A stretch of 64,000 bases of DNA from an uncultured cyanobacterium (GCA_963803805.1 CAWDOD010000002.1:1383813-1447812), one strand, 5' to 3'. Positions 32,115 to 43,488 are shown, numbered from the stretch's first letter. A program made the numbers and translations. The notes: generated by a model from the sequence alone, not told the origin.

Positions 32115-33134
32115 ATGAATACTTGCATACCAGATTTTTTCAACCCGGAAATAGTAGATAAATTTTGGCGGGTTCCTTATCAAGAAAGGGCGCAACAGGC
32201 GCAAGCATGGGCAGAAAAATATCAACTCCAACCCGCAGCCCAAGATGACAAGAAAGTTTGTCTGTTACTTATTGATGTACAAAATACTTTTTGTTTGCCG
32301 GAATTTGAACTATTTGTAGGGGGTAAATCTGGACAAGGTGCAGTAGAAGATAATGTGAGGCTGTGCAAATTTATTTATCGCAACCTGGGGAAAATTAGCA
32401 AAATTATTCCTACTTTAGATACCCATACCACCATGCAAATATTTCACCCTATTTTCTGGGTGAATGAACAGGAAAAACATCCTACCCCCTCTGCAACCAC
32501 AATTAGTCCAGAAGATTTAGATAAAGGTCTATGGCGGGTTAATCCTGCTGTGGCGAGTGATGTCGCTAGTGGAGACTATTCTGCCTTACAAGACTATGCC
32601 TATCATTACGTCAACCAGTTAACCCAAAGGGGTAAATATCCCCTCACTATTTGGCCTTATCATTCTATGTTAGGAGGTATCGGTCATGCTTTAGTCTCGG
32701 CGGTAGAAGAAGCAATTTTCTTTCATTCTATTGCCCGTCAGAGTCAAACTCGTTATGAACTAAAAGGCAATCATCCTCTAACAGAAAACTATTCTGTGTT
32801 GCAACCGGAGGTTATGGAAAATAGTAAAGGTGAGGCGATCGCCCAGAAAAATACCGCTTTAATTTCTGCTTTATTAGAGTTTGATCAAGTATTTATTGCC
32901 GGGCAAGCGAAAAGTCATTGTGTAGCTTGGACAATTGAAGATTTACTAACTTCTATTCAAGAAAAAGATGCTAGTTTAGCGAAAAAGATTTATTTACTAG
33001 AAGATTGTACTTCTGCTGTAGTTGTACCAGGAGTGGTAGATTATACTCCCCAAGCAGATGAGGCTTTTGAGAGGTTTTCTCAAGGGGGGATGCAAGTTGT
33101 TAATACAGGAATGGAGGGAATAGTCAATAGTTAA
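32115..33134 (+). CDS. Isochorismatase/nicotinamidase-like cysteine hydrolase
   Basis: LLLIDVQNTFC, TLDTH, IWPYH, KG, AGQAKSHCV, LLEDCTS. Confidence 0.85.
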   Translation: MNTCIPDFFNPEIVDKFWRVPYQERAQQAQAWAEKYQLQPAAQDDKKVCLLLIDVQNTFCLPEFELFVGGKSGQGAVEDNVRLCKFIYRNLGKISKIIPTLDTHTTMQIFHPIFWVNEQEKHPTPSATTISPEDLDKGLWRVNPAVASDVASGDYSALQDYAYHYVNQLTQRGKYPLTIWPYHSMLGGIGHALVSAVEEAIFFHSIARQSQTRYELKGNHPLTENYSVLQPEVMENSKGEAIAQKNTALISALLEFDQVFIAGQAKSHCVAWTIEDLLTSIQEKDASLAKKIYLLEDCTSAVVVPGVVDYTPQADEAFERFSQGGMQVVNTGMEGIVNS

Positions 33135-33159
33135 TATTTTTCTTTATGGACAAGGTTTA

Positions 33160-36100
33160 TTACCAATCGTAGGCTTCTTGTTTTACTGCTTGATAATTAG
33201 CATTCAATTGAGGCTCCAACCATAAAATAGCAGCTATCCGCCGTGCCATATCCCGAACTTCGTAGACTTCTTCGACTTTAAGAGGACGATCTAACAAAGA
33301 TTCTTCACGATAGCTGAGCCATTTTTTGATAACTTGATAACCACCAATAGTATAGTTCCAGACTCGTTGAGGAATATTTTTCCAGTAAGCAACATCGTTG
33401 AGGTAGATATCATAAGTTTCCTTGCCTAACAATTCGGTTGCTTCAGAATCTAATCCATTGAGTTCATTCTCTGTGTAGCTGCGATTAATAATTTTCCCTT
33501 TCCCTGGCATAGTTGCCTCTCTAGCCCCACTATAACCCCAGTTAGCGTTGATTCCTAGGTCTGTGTCGGGGTTAAGTTGTCCACCATCCACACAAGAGAT
33601 AACTGCGATCGCCTTCAATCCATCTCTAATTTTACCTAATGTTACCCCGGAAACAGGAGTTTCAGTATCCAGTAAGGTAGCAATCTGTTGTCCTAAGTTT
33701 GCACTAGCAATCAGAAGTTGGCGATTTTTGGGAAGGGGAATGCGAGGGAAGTCTTGACGAATGCCATCGGCATTTTCTGCGAGGTAGTCGGGGGAATAAC
33801 CAATTCCCAGGGCGTGCATCCAAATCAGCAAAGCTGTCTCCCTGTCTTCATCTGGATTAGGCAATCCCAATTCTGTTAGATAGTCACGGGCAGCCTTAGA
33901 GAGATTAGCGAAAGGTTGATCTACCTCTGGCTTTTCTCCTAACAAGTCTAGCAAACTTAACTGTTCTTTTGGCCGCAACCTTGCACCGTTCATCAGTTGC
34001 ATTGGGAAGTAATAACCATGGCCCCGTAAAAAATCATTATCTCCTAACAACCGAGTGAAGTAAAATGGGCAACCTTCAGGACTAGCAACTCCGGTAGGGC
34101 GAGTCATCAAAAACGAATTCCCTGACCAACATTGCTTCCAAAGAGAAGGGCGAGATCGATTCCAAACACTACTTGCAGAGGTGTAGTAACACCAACGAGT
34201 ATCAAATGGTCTTAGGGCATATCGCTTTAATCGAAGTTGATCGAACTGCTCTTCTAAAAGTATTTTTCGTCGTGCTACTTTAGGAGTAAAACTTGCTCTC
34301 GGTTTAACCAAGCCATAATCTAATGCCGCATAATCATCCCAACTTAATTTTGGATCAAGATAAGCCCTCATACGCTTTTCTAAGGCATCTCTGTCAATAT
34401 CAATTAATGCTCCTCCCCGCTTTTCCATTAAGCCGTTGCTAGGAGCGATCGCACAAAACTCTGTTAATTTTGGCCAGTCATAATAGTAGTCTTCAACTTC
34501 TGAAAACCGGAATGAATAACGATTTTCCCTAATTGGATTGCACTGCCGATAAGAAGCATCAAATGGCTCTGCTTCTAAACTCTGAACTAAATCTTCTTTC
34601 TTCTCAACTCCCCAAAAATTCCGAAAATAAACATTTGGTTGAGGCAAACGCTGCTCTTTTCTGACCAACAAACTAACGGCTGTCCCAACACGAATTCCCG
34701 CTTTATTATACTGAGTTGAAAACACACTCGGATCAGGTTTTCCCTCTGGTGTAACTTTTCCTGTTTCCCGACTATCTCCATTCATACAGTCAAACCAAAG
34801 TTGATCAAACTCCTGTAAAAATCGCTGTCGCATAACCACATAGGAAGGATCAGATAAATGAGAAAAGTTAGAAATATAACAAACAACTCCCTTTTGAGTT
34901 TGTTCAGAAATACATCTTTGAGCTAACCGGAAAAACCGCACATAAAGGTCATCCAAATTAAACTTCTTAATTCCCCATTCCTCTATTAAACCTTCCTTAT
35001 ACTCTTCAACTAACCCTTCCTCTTCTACTGGAGAAGTTCCCGAATAGGCATTGTAAGGGGGATTGCCTAAAACCACTAAAATGGGTTTTCCTTGTTTAAC
35101 TTCGTTTGCTGCTTCTCTTTCTTGATTTAACTCTGGAAAATTCAACTCCAACTGTTTAATCTTTTGTTTTCCTTGAGTATCAGGAGGTTGCCATCCTGTC
35201 AAAGCATTAGTTAGATAAACAGCTACTCGTTCTCTTTCTTCAACTAAAGGTACTCCCAAATTCTGCAATAATAACCCCAACTGTAAATGTGCTACAACAA
35301 AAGGAGCCGTAAGAATTTCAAAGCCAAATATCCTCTCTATTGCTGCCTGCTTCAAAGCTGAGCCACCTAAAGCATCTGCTCCATTCATCTTCAGGGTTTC
35401 ATCAATTTTCCGCAGCACCTCCACCAAATAAGCCCCTGTGCCACAACAGGGGTCAAGTACATAGACATGAGGATCTGCCAGCCCGTCAGCAATATTTAAT
35501 TCTTCCCGTAGTACTGTATCCACTCTTGCTACCATATACTTCACAATTTCTGGTGGCGTGTACCAAACCCCTAAATCTTTGCGAAGCTGGGGGTCAAATG
35601 CTTGGAGAAACGGCTCATAGAAATACTGTACAGCTTCCCCTTCGTCAAATTTCGAGAAAAAAGACTCGCGATCAACTCGATTCAAAGCATCTCCTGCCCA
35701 ATCCAATACCTCTACTAATTCCAACCTACCTAAATTTGTAGGTGTAGCAACTTTAGAGAACAAAGCTTGGATCATCGGTACACGTAAATACCAAACTGCC
35801 GTCCGCCAATCAAAGCGCCCTTGTTCACCTTGACGATGCCACAGTACCCATGCAGAAAAAATACCGTAGAACAAAGTTTGAATCAAAGTTGATTGGAAAA
35901 ACTGTTTACCTTTGTCAGGATTTTTTTTGTCTCCTGTAAAGGAAATACCTAATGCTTTTTCCAATGCTTCTTGAACTTGCGATAGATAACGTAAATTGGT
36001 TTTCTCAACTCGTGCCTTCGCATCTTTGGCATAAGAAGCTAAAAACCAGGCTAAATCTTGGGGAGAGGTGATTATCGCTTCTTGAAGCATTACCCGCTTC

Positions 36101-36621
36101 AAATATTCTGTAAACTGCTCTTCATGTTCGGAAGCAAATTCATGAGTATTTTGTACTTTCTGCCAAAATTCCTTTTCACTGTTAGCTAGGCGATAGGTTT
36201 CTAGCTTAATGGGTTTCCCCTTGCTATCCTGACCAACTAATACAAAATCTCGATAGTTTGTTACTAATACCTGACGATACTTCTGCCAATATTTTGAGAC
36301 TTGCTCAGTATCAGCCGTTACCCAAGCATCTTCTCTAGTAGCCTTAATCTCAATTACACCTCGTTCAGGATTCTGAGGATCTACTGGTTCATCCCCTGTC
36401 CTCTGTTGAAACTGACGCGCGGTAAATAATCCTCCATCTGGCATTCCTGCACCACGATTTTTGAGCTGCATTATACAACGAACTTTAGGCTGCAAAGTTT
36501 TGCCCAATTCATTGAGTAAAGTTTCTAATGCCCCGTAATAAGAGGTTTCTGGAACAGCCGCCCCTGTTGCATAGATATCACGTAAACTCCGAATATATCT
36601 TTCAAACAGGCTCATGATCAT
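33160..36621 (-). CDS. Single-chain N6-adenine restriction-modification enzyme with a type ISP-like C-terminal specificity region; no helicase motifs seen
   Basis: PDGGL...VIEIK nuclease motif, GVWYTP, VLDPCCGTG, GNPPY, YALRPFDTRW, IGGYQVIKKWLSYR. Confidence 0.85.
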   Translation of the reverse strand: MIMSLFERYIRSLRDIYATGAAVPETSYYGALETLLNELGKTLQPKVRCIMQLKNRGAGMPDGGLFTARQFQQRTGDEPVDPQNPERGVIEIKATREDAWVTADTEQVSKYWQKYRQVLVTNYRDFVLVGQDSKGKPIKLETYRLANSEKEFWQKVQNTHEFASEHEEQFTEYLKRVMLQEAIITSPQDLAWFLASYAKDAKARVEKTNLRYLSQVQEALEKALGISFTGDKKNPDKGKQFFQSTLIQTLFYGIFSAWVLWHRQGEQGRFDWRTAVWYLRVPMIQALFSKVATPTNLGRLELVEVLDWAGDALNRVDRESFFSKFDEGEAVQYFYEPFLQAFDPQLRKDLGVWYTPPEIVKYMVARVDTVLREELNIADGLADPHVYVLDPCCGTGAYLVEVLRKIDETLKMNGADALGGSALKQAAIERIFGFEILTAPFVVAHLQLGLLLQNLGVPLVEERERVAVYLTNALTGWQPPDTQGKQKIKQLELNFPELNQEREAANEVKQGKPILVVLGNPPYNAYSGTSPVEEEGLVEEYKEGLIEEWGIKKFNLDDLYVRFFRLAQRCISEQTQKGVVCYISNFSHLSDPSYVVMRQRFLQEFDQLWFDCMNGDSRETGKVTPEGKPDPSVFSTQYNKAGIRVGTAVSLLVRKEQRLPQPNVYFRNFWGVEKKEDLVQSLEAEPFDASYRQCNPIRENRYSFRFSEVEDYYYDWPKLTEFCAIAPSNGLMEKRGGALIDIDRDALEKRMRAYLDPKLSWDDYAALDYGLVKPRASFTPKVARRKILLEEQFDQLRLKRYALRPFDTRWCYYTSASSVWNRSRPSLWKQCWSGNSFLMTRPTGVASPEGCPFYFTRLLGDNDFLRGHGYYFPMQLMNGARLRPKEQLSLLDLLGEKPEVDQPFANLSKAARDYLTELGLPNPDEDRETALLIWMHALGIGYSPDYLAENADGIRQDFPRIPLPKNRQLLIASANLGQQIATLLDTETPVSGVTLGKIRDGLKAIAVISCVDGGQLNPDTDLGINANWGYSGAREATMPGKGKIINRSYTENELNGLDSEATELLGKETYDIYLNDVAYWKNIPQRVWNYTIGGYQVIKKWLSYREESLLDRPLKVEEVYEVRDMARRIAAILWLEPQLNANYQAVKQEAYDW

Positions 36622-36672
36622 CTCTCTGAATTAGTAGCAGTTTGGATCATAGCTTTGATTTGCTACTAATAG

Positions 36673-36795
36673 CTAAAAACTAAGTTTTTGAAATAATTCA
36701 CCTACAGAAAAACTAAAACCAGGAATCACTTCTTCTCCATCAAGTTTGTCGGTAGACTTGAGTAGTTTCTCCGGTTCTTGAGGAGAGTGATAAAC
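36673..36795 (-). pseudogene. C-terminal fragment of a Uma2-family endonuclease
   Basis: VYHSPQEPEKLLKSTDKLDGEEVIPGFSFSVGELFQKLSF* (L.GE.V.PGF motif). Confidence 0.75.
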
Positions 36796-36850
36796 GGCGT
36801 TGCATACTTGCAGGATGATTTATATAAGATTCAATAAGATACAAACTATA

Positions 36851-38050
36851 CTAAAGCTGTTCCACGAATCCCATCTTTCGTAAACCTTCACGTAACCTGT
36901 TTGCTTCTTCGGGATTAGCTTTTTCATGAAGTGTAATCGCCTTCTTAAAAGCAGCTAAACTTTCTGGTACTTTGCCCAACTTCCAATAAGTAACTCCCAG
37001 ATTTTGATAAGCTTCTGGGTAACGAGGATTTACTTTAATTGCTTGTTGGTAGGCGACAATTGCTTGGTAAAATTGACCCGACTCTTTATAATTCATGCCC
37101 AAATTATAGTAGCTAACAGGGAAATGGGGAGCAATTTTAATGGCAGTTTCGTAAGCTTTTTGTGCTTCTGATAATTCTCCTACAGCTTGGAGTAAAGTCC
37201 CTAAATTATTGTATGCCCCTACTTTTAATTGAGGCAAAATATCTTGTTCAATAGCACTTTGATAATGAATTACTGCTTGATAAGGATCGCAAAGACGGGT
37301 ATAAACATTGCCGAGATGGTAATGCAATTCAAATAAAACTGGGGCATCAACTTCTTTTGCTTGTAAACCTCTCTCCAATACTTCTTTTCCTAACTCCATC
37401 TCCCCAACTTGTACATAAAGCGCCCCCAACTTGCTGCAAACATAAGCATCTTGAGGATGTTGGGCTAAATAAGTTTCCATCGCTTCCCTAGCCCGATTAT
37501 ATTTATCTAAAGCAGCGATCGCTTCCGGTTGATAGCCATAATGTAAAATGCCTATAGGTTTGAGAGAAACTATTTTCCAAAAAGGTTCCCGCACCCTCAA
37601 TTGAGCTACAGTATCGTCAATTAAGGTATGGTAAGGACGGGAAAATTTAACTTCAGGATGGTTGCGAAATAACCTTGAAACTAAAGAATAAGGAGATTGC
37701 GCAGCCCCAACTTCTTCTCTAATTAAATTAACAACTAAATGGTTTTTGTTTTCAATAGCTTTATATAGTTGCGGTACAACTTCTGGGGTCAGAATTTCAT
37801 CAGCATCCAGCACCAAAACCCATTCCTCTTTAACAAATTGTAAGGCATAGTTACGGGCATCAGAGAAGTTATTATTCCAAGTAAAATGTTCCACCCGCGC
37901 CCCTAATTCCTGAGCAATAGCAACAGTTTCATCATCAGAACCAGTATCTAAAACAATCATTTCATCCACAACATTGCGAACGCTTTTTAGACATTGAGGT
38001 AATAGTTTCTCTTCGTTTTTAACGATGGCACAGAAGCTGATTTTGGTCAT
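36851..38050 (-). CDS. GT2 glycosyltransferase with C-terminal TPRs
   Basis: IVKNEE, LDTGSDDET, FSDARN, LDADE, ILHYGY, TPR tail. Confidence 0.9.
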   Translation of the reverse strand: MTKISFCAIVKNEEKLLPQCLKSVRNVVDEMIVLDTGSDDETVAIAQELGARVEHFTWNNNFSDARNYALQFVKEEWVLVLDADEILTPEVVPQLYKAIENKNHLVVNLIREEVGAAQSPYSLVSRLFRNHPEVKFSRPYHTLIDDTVAQLRVREPFWKIVSLKPIGILHYGYQPEAIAALDKYNRAREAMETYLAQHPQDAYVCSKLGALYVQVGEMELGKEVLERGLQAKEVDAPVLFELHYHLGNVYTRLCDPYQAVIHYQSAIEQDILPQLKVGAYNNLGTLLQAVGELSEAQKAYETAIKIAPHFPVSYYNLGMNYKESGQFYQAIVAYQQAIKVNPRYPEAYQNLGVTYWKLGKVPESLAAFKKAITLHEKANPEEANRLREGLRKMGFVEQL

Positions 38051-38077
38051 AATTATAGGGAAAAGAAAATAAACTTA

Positions 38078-39358
38078 TTACTTATTACTTATTGCTTCCG
38101 CAAAGCGGTGTGCCAAACATTCTGCAATCCTTTCCGCTGCGCCTGGTTCGCCAATTCTTTCTTTACCATTAGAAGTAATAAGCTGGAGTCTGTCAGGATC
38201 TTTGAGTAGGGTTTGTATTGCCCTGGCTACTTGTTCTGGTTTTTCTACTAAAGTTAGAGAACTACCTAGGAGACGGGTTTGTGCCTCGGCGAAAGCTGGG
38301 GTGAATTGAGGCCCTTTGCCAGGAATGGCAATGGCTGGTTTACCTAAACCAACAAACTGTTCTGTTGCTGTTCCTGCCATGGCGATCGCAAAATCAGAGT
38401 TTAGTAAACAATCTTGGTAAGCATTTTGGCTTAAAACTAGAGTAGCTTGGTGTTGAGTAAAAATTAAAGCATTAGGATCTTTAATTGGTAAATTATTCGG
38501 TACTTCTGTCTGAGAATACCAACCTTGACTGGTAAGTTGTTCTTGTAAAGGAACAGTTTCTAAAGAAGGGGCGATCGCCCCTAAAAAAACCAAAGAATAG
38601 TTCTTAAACTCATTAATAACTCCCCGCACCCCTTTAATGATCTGCTGCCAATTTTCATAGGCTTCTGGGGGACGAGAACCTGGTAAGAGAAGAATATTCA
38701 ACCCTCTTTCCTGTTCCTTTAATTGGGCATTCCACTCGAAAAACTGTGGTTGAGATTGTTGGGGATAAATCTTATCAATCATAGGATTACCCAAATCAAA
38801 AGTAGGAATATCCCAATGACTCAAAACATCTGCTGTCAATTTATCCCTAGGAAAAACCGCCTGGCAACGGGGGCGACTCATTAACCACCGTTCCCAAGGA
38901 AGATAAACCGAACCCAACCAACGTTCTAACTTAGAAGTTTGGGGCAACCAACCCTGGCGATCGCGCAGGTAATATTCTGATTTAGCTGTCCCCACAAAAG
39001 CGTAATTTGCCCCACTCAACCAAGCAAATAATAAAGGAACAATATCCCCTACCGCTAAAATCACCCCACCAGTTCTACCCCAGCGCCGTATTACCTTATA
39101 CTGAGCTAAAGTGAGCTTAATCAAGCCTCCTCGTAAATCTCGCCACAACTGACGACCATCCATATAAACGAAGCCTCCAGAAGGCATCTTTTGCACCGTA
39201 CCGATAATTGGTACATTAATTTGGTTATAGGCATTGCCCTCCCCCACTATAGGGAGTGCGGCAATATCAGAGACGTTAGGATGGCGCTGTAGTTGCTCTA
39301 AAATTCTGACAGCAATTACATCTTCCCCATGGCCATTGCTGAGACAGAGTAGTTTCAT
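38078..39358 (-). CDS. Lipid-A-disaccharide synthase-related protein (TIGR03492-like)
   Basis: LSNGHGED, MPSGGF, GNPM, LLPGSRPPEA, AMAGTATEQ. Confidence 0.88.
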   Translation of the reverse strand: MKLLCLSNGHGEDVIAVRILEQLQRHPNVSDIAALPIVGEGNAYNQINVPIIGTVQKMPSGGFVYMDGRQLWRDLRGGLIKLTLAQYKVIRRWGRTGGVILAVGDIVPLLFAWLSGANYAFVGTAKSEYYLRDRQGWLPQTSKLERWLGSVYLPWERWLMSRPRCQAVFPRDKLTADVLSHWDIPTFDLGNPMIDKIYPQQSQPQFFEWNAQLKEQERGLNILLLPGSRPPEAYENWQQIIKGVRGVINEFKNYSLVFLGAIAPSLETVPLQEQLTSQGWYSQTEVPNNLPIKDPNALIFTQHQATLVLSQNAYQDCLLNSDFAIAMAGTATEQFVGLGKPAIAIPGKGPQFTPAFAEAQTRLLGSSLTLVEKPEQVARAIQTLLKDPDRLQLITSNGKERIGEPGAAERIAECLAHRFAEAISNK

Positions 39359-39580
39359 TATGAAAAGAAAAGTAGCCGTTTTGGATTGAGAAATTTTAGC
39401 TTTTATTGTAATCCCTTAAAGATATTTATCAGTTGCTATATCTATTTTCACCTCAGATGTTTTTCAAGCAACTCTTAAGTGATCCGTAACAAAACCGGGA
39501 TTTTCTTAGAAGAGAAGTTGTAGAAAGAATTATCATATATAACAATGTGAGCAAACCTTAACCCCATAGGAGAAACCCTA

Positions 39581-42160
39581 GTGGAGACTCAATACAACCC
39601 GTCGGCAATAGAGAAAAAGTGGCAGCAGAAATGGGCTGAACTTGGCTTAGATAAGACTAGAGAAGATAGCAAGCCTAAATTTTATGCCCTATCCATGTTT
39701 CCCTATCCATCGGGCAACCTACATATGGGTCATGTACGCAACTATACGATTACCGATGTGATTGCCCGTATGAAACGGATGCAAGGTTATCGTGTACTTC
39801 ATCCTATGGGTTGGGATGCCTTTGGTTTACCCGCAGAAAATGCCGCGATTAAAAACGGCGTTCACCCAGCGAAGTGGACTTACCAAAATATTGCTCAAAT
39901 GAAAGAGCAACTCAAATCTTTAGGCTTTTCCTTAGATTGGGAAAGGGAAGTTGCTACTTGTTCTCCTGAATATTATCAATGGACTCAGTGGATCTTTTTA
40001 CAGTTTTTCCAATCTGGCTTAGCTTACCAAAAAGAATCAGCAGTTAATTGGGACCCTGTTGACCAAACGGTTTTAGCTAATGAACAGGTAGATAGTTCTG
40101 GGCGTTCTTGGCGTAGTGGGGCCATGGTGGAACGGAAGATGTTGCGCCAGTGGTTCTTGAAAATTACTGACTATGCAGAACAACTCCTGACAGATTTAGA
40201 TAAATTAACAGGTTGGCCTGAAAGGGTTAAACTAATGCAAGCTAATTGGATTGGTAAATCCGTTGGGGCGTATTTAGAATTTCCTATTGTAGGTAGGAAA
40301 GAAAAAATCGGCGTTTTCACCACTAGACCAGATACGGTTTATGGTGTCAGTTACCTTGTTTTAGCTCCTGAACACCCCTTAACCACAAAAGTCACCACTT
40401 CTGAAGAAAAAGCGGCTGTAGAAGCTTTTATTGAGGAAATAGCAGGACAAAGCGAAATAGAAAGAACAGCAGAAGATAAACCAAAACGGGGTATCCCTAC
40501 CGGGGGCAAAGCTATCAATCCCTTTAATGGTGAAGAAGTTCCCATCTTAATCGCTGATTATGTTTTGTATGAATATGGTACGGGGGCAGTTATGGGAGTT
40601 CCCGCCCATGATACCAGGGACTTTAAGTTTGCTAAGGAAAAGGACTTACCAATTAAAGTTGTCGTTGTGCCGGAAGGGGAGGAAAATAATAACTCACCTT
40701 TAAAAGAAGCTTATACCGAACCGGGAATGATGATTAATTCTGGCCCTTTTAACGGCAAATCCTCCCTGGCTGGTAAAGAATCTGTTACCCAATATGCCGA
40801 AGAACAAGGTTACGGCGAAACTAGAATACAATACCGCCTCCGGGATTGGTTAATCTCCCGCCAACGTTATTGGGGTGTACCAATTCCCATAGTTCATTGT
40901 CCTAGTTGTGGTATTGTTCCTATACCTGAACAAGATTTACCTGTGGAGTTGCCCGAAGATGTCAACTTTAGCGGCAAAGGCTCTCCTTTAGCACAGTTAG
41001 AAGACTGGGTTAATATCCCCTGTCCTAGTTGTGGCGAACCAGCTAAGCGGGAAACCGATACTATGGATACCTTTATTGATTCTTCCTGGTATTTCCTCCG
41101 CTTCACCGATGCCCAAAATAAAGAGGAAATCTTTAGTAAGGACAAGGTTAATGAGTGGATGAATGTGGATCAATATGTGGGGGGCATTGAACACGCCATC
41201 TTGCATCTGCTATATTCTCGCTTTGTTACTAAAGTATTGCGCGATCGCGGCTTACTCAATTTTGATGAACCTTTCCAACGCCTTTTAACCCAAGGTATGG
41301 TACAAGGGCAAACCTACCTGAATCCCAATAAAGCTGGTAAAGATAAGTGGGTTGCTTCTGCTTTGGTTGATCCAGAAAATCCCCGTGATCCGAATACAGG
41401 GGAAGCCTTAGAACTAGTTTACGCAACCATGTCCAAATCTAAGGGGAATGGTGTAGCACCGGAAGATGTTATTGCTAAGTACGGTGTGGATACAGCGAGA
41501 ATGTTTATCTTATTCAAAGCACCGCCAGAAAAGGACTTAGAATGGGAAGATGCTGATGTAGAAGGGCAATTTCGCTTCTTAAATCGGGTTTGGCGTTTAG
41601 TAACAGATTTTGCTGCAAACTCTCCTGGGGCAAACAATAAGAAAGATTCCAGCAAAATGACCAAAGCAGAAAAAGATTTGCGGCGGGCTATTCACACTGC
41701 AATTAAGGAAGTTAGTGAAGATTTGCAAGGGGATTATCAATTCAATACTGCTATTTCTGAATTGATGAAACTCAGCAATGCCCTTGGAGAGGCAAAGTTA
41801 CCCGATTCACCAGTTTATCGAGAAGGTATAGAAACCTTACTCATACTCTTAGCCCCCTTTGCCCCCCATATTACTGAGGAGTTGTGGCAAACAATTGGCA
41901 AAACCGATTTAGTCAATGAACAAAGTTGGCCAGAATTTAATCCCCAAGCTTTGCAGGTAGACGAAATTACTTTAGTGATTCAAATTATGGGTAAAACTCG
42001 CGGTACAATTCAAGCCCCAGCTAATTTAAGCAAGTCAGAATTAGAAGACTTTGCCCGCAATTCCGAGGTGGCACAACGTCATATTGGGGACAAAGAAATT
42101 AAGAAAGTAATTGTTGTACCCAACAAGCTAGTTAACTTTGTGATTTCTAAAATGGTGTGA
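39581..42160 (+). CDS. leuS: Leucine--tRNA ligase
   Basis: [13 protein letters not shown] (HIGH), [26 protein letters not shown]. Confidence 0.97.
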   Translation: METQYNPSAIEKKWQQKWAELGLDKTREDSKPKFYALSMFPYPSGNLHMGHVRNYTITDVIARMKRMQGYRVLHPMGWDAFGLPAENAAIKNGVHPAKWTYQNIAQMKEQLKSLGFSLDWEREVATCSPEYYQWTQWIFLQFFQSGLAYQKESAVNWDPVDQTVLANEQVDSSGRSWRSGAMVERKMLRQWFLKITDYAEQLLTDLDKLTGWPERVKLMQANWIGKSVGAYLEFPIVGRKEKIGVFTTRPDTVYGVSYLVLAPEHPLTTKVTTSEEKAAVEAFIEEIAGQSEIERTAEDKPKRGIPTGGKAINPFNGEEVPILIADYVLYEYGTGAVMGVPAHDTRDFKFAKEKDLPIKVVVVPEGEENNNSPLKEAYTEPGMMINSGPFNGKSSLAGKESVTQYAEEQGYGETRIQYRLRDWLISRQRYWGVPIPIVHCPSCGIVPIPEQDLPVELPEDVNFSGKGSPLAQLEDWVNIPCPSCGEPAKRETDTMDTFIDSSWYFLRFTDAQNKEEIFSKDKVNEWMNVDQYVGGIEHAILHLLYSRFVTKVLRDRGLLNFDEPFQRLLTQGMVQGQTYLNPNKAGKDKWVASALVDPENPRDPNTGEALELVYATMSKSKGNGVAPEDVIAKYGVDTARMFILFKAPPEKDLEWEDADVEGQFRFLNRVWRLVTDFAANSPGANNKKDSSKMTKAEKDLRRAIHTAIKEVSEDLQGDYQFNTAISELMKLSNALGEAKLPDSPVYREGIETLLILLAPFAPHITEELWQTIGKTDLVNEQSWPEFNPQALQVDEITLVIQIMGKTRGTIQAPANLSKSELEDFARNSEVAQRHIGDKEIKKVIVVPNKLVNFVISKMV

Positions 42161-42621
42161 GGCTTAATCGTACAGTATCTTCAATCGATTTCTTGACAGT
42201 TGGTCACTTGCATTTTCCTTGGTTTGAATCTCTGCAAAAGTTGCTCTAATCTTCCCAGATATTTTAGCTGTTACTTTGCCCAATTAGTCAATCCTTCTTT
42301 TAGTTCATCTGTGGGTAGTTTTAGGTTTAATTGGGGGACTAGCCCCCCAAACCCCCCAGCAAGGAAACAAGTGTTTCCCTACAACCCTTCCTAACCGCTT
42401 CGCTCTTCGTTAGTTATGTTTGGCTGGCTAATTTGGTGGTTGGTCTATCGTCGGAATTAGACCTGGTGGTAGGGCGCATTTAGACTTGGAATCGTTGTTG
42501 AAGAAGTTGCTTACTAATAGCTGAGAGCAAATAGTTTTATTCAATTGATACGTAGCAAACGTTTAGGTATTTCATCTTAATAACAAATGTGCGACTTACC
42601 TTTGCCGTTAGGTATCAAAGT

Positions 42622-43488
42622 TTAATGTTTAATGAGCAATGGTATGAGGCTTAATTGTACAGTATCTTCAGAAAGCTTTTGTTGCACTTCGTAGTTACAA
42701 AGAAATAATTCTTTTCCTTTAGCTGCGCTTTCTTGTTTATAGTTGTTCATGCCATACTGTAATTCCCATTCGTATAAATTAGCAAACTTAAAGTGATTTC
42801 TAATTTCTGGGCAATCATCATAAGTAATTAGCCAAGAAGCAGCACATTCTTCCATAAGTTGGGTAAACCTTTCGTGGTCAAAAGAAGTATGTAAAATCCC
42901 TCTTTTACCATATAACTTTGACTTGGTAACTGAAAAATAAGGAGGATCTAAAAATAAAAAGGTATTTTTATCTTCTGATTGTAATAAATGAGCGTAATCT
43001 AGGTTGGTAATTTTAATTCCTGGTAAAATTGATGCTAATTTTTCTAAGCGTTCTATTGAAGAGGGAGTAAATCTTTTAAGAAATGCTTGTTGAGAAAAAC
43101 CTCCTGATTCTACTGTTCCTGAAAAAGTGATTCTATTGAGAACAAAGAAGCGAGTTGCTCGTTCTAAGTCTGATAATTTATCAATATCAACATTAGTTAA
43201 TTCAGCAAAAAGCTTTTTACCATCTTGATAATTGTTTTTGAGGTAGAAAGCTCCTTCAACAAGTTTATCTAAATCAGATTGGGCAATTTTCCAAAACAGA
43301 AATAGTTCAGGGTTTAAGTCATTAATCCAGATTTTTAAGTGCGGATATTTTTGTTTTAAGTAAATGAATAAAGAACCTCCGCCCACGAAAGGTTCTCGAT
43401 ATTCAACAAAAGTATCGGGTAAGTGTTCAATTATCTTGTTAATTGCTCTGGATTTACCACCGGGATAACGAAGAGGACTTTTAATCAT
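42622..43488 (-). CDS. Dam/D12-class DNA adenine methyltransferase with no adjacent endonuclease
   Basis: SPLRYPGGKSR, EPFVGGGS, INDLN, FLDPPY; likely start ATG 43488. Confidence 0.9.
   Translation of the reverse strand: MIKSPLRYPGGKSRAINKIIEHLPDTFVEYREPFVGGGSLFIYLKQKYPHLKIWINDLNPELFLFWKIAQSDLDKLVEGAFYLKNNYQDGKKLFAELTNVDIDKLSDLERATRFFVLNRITFSGTVESGGFSQQAFLKRFTPSSIERLEKLASILPGIKITNLDYAHLLQSEDKNTFLFLDPPYFSVTKSKLYGKRGILHTSFDHERFTQLMEECAASWLITYDDCPEIRNHFKFANLYEWELQYGMNNYKQESAAKGKELFLCNYEVQQKLSEDTVQLSLIPLLIKH

Noticed and set aside
42578..42615. attC-like start (CCTAACGGC...GTTAT on the minus strand) and a GTGCG group II intron-like 5' motif
   Set aside because: Too short for an attC site, no clear L-box pairing, no integrase, and no intron domain V/VI recognised.
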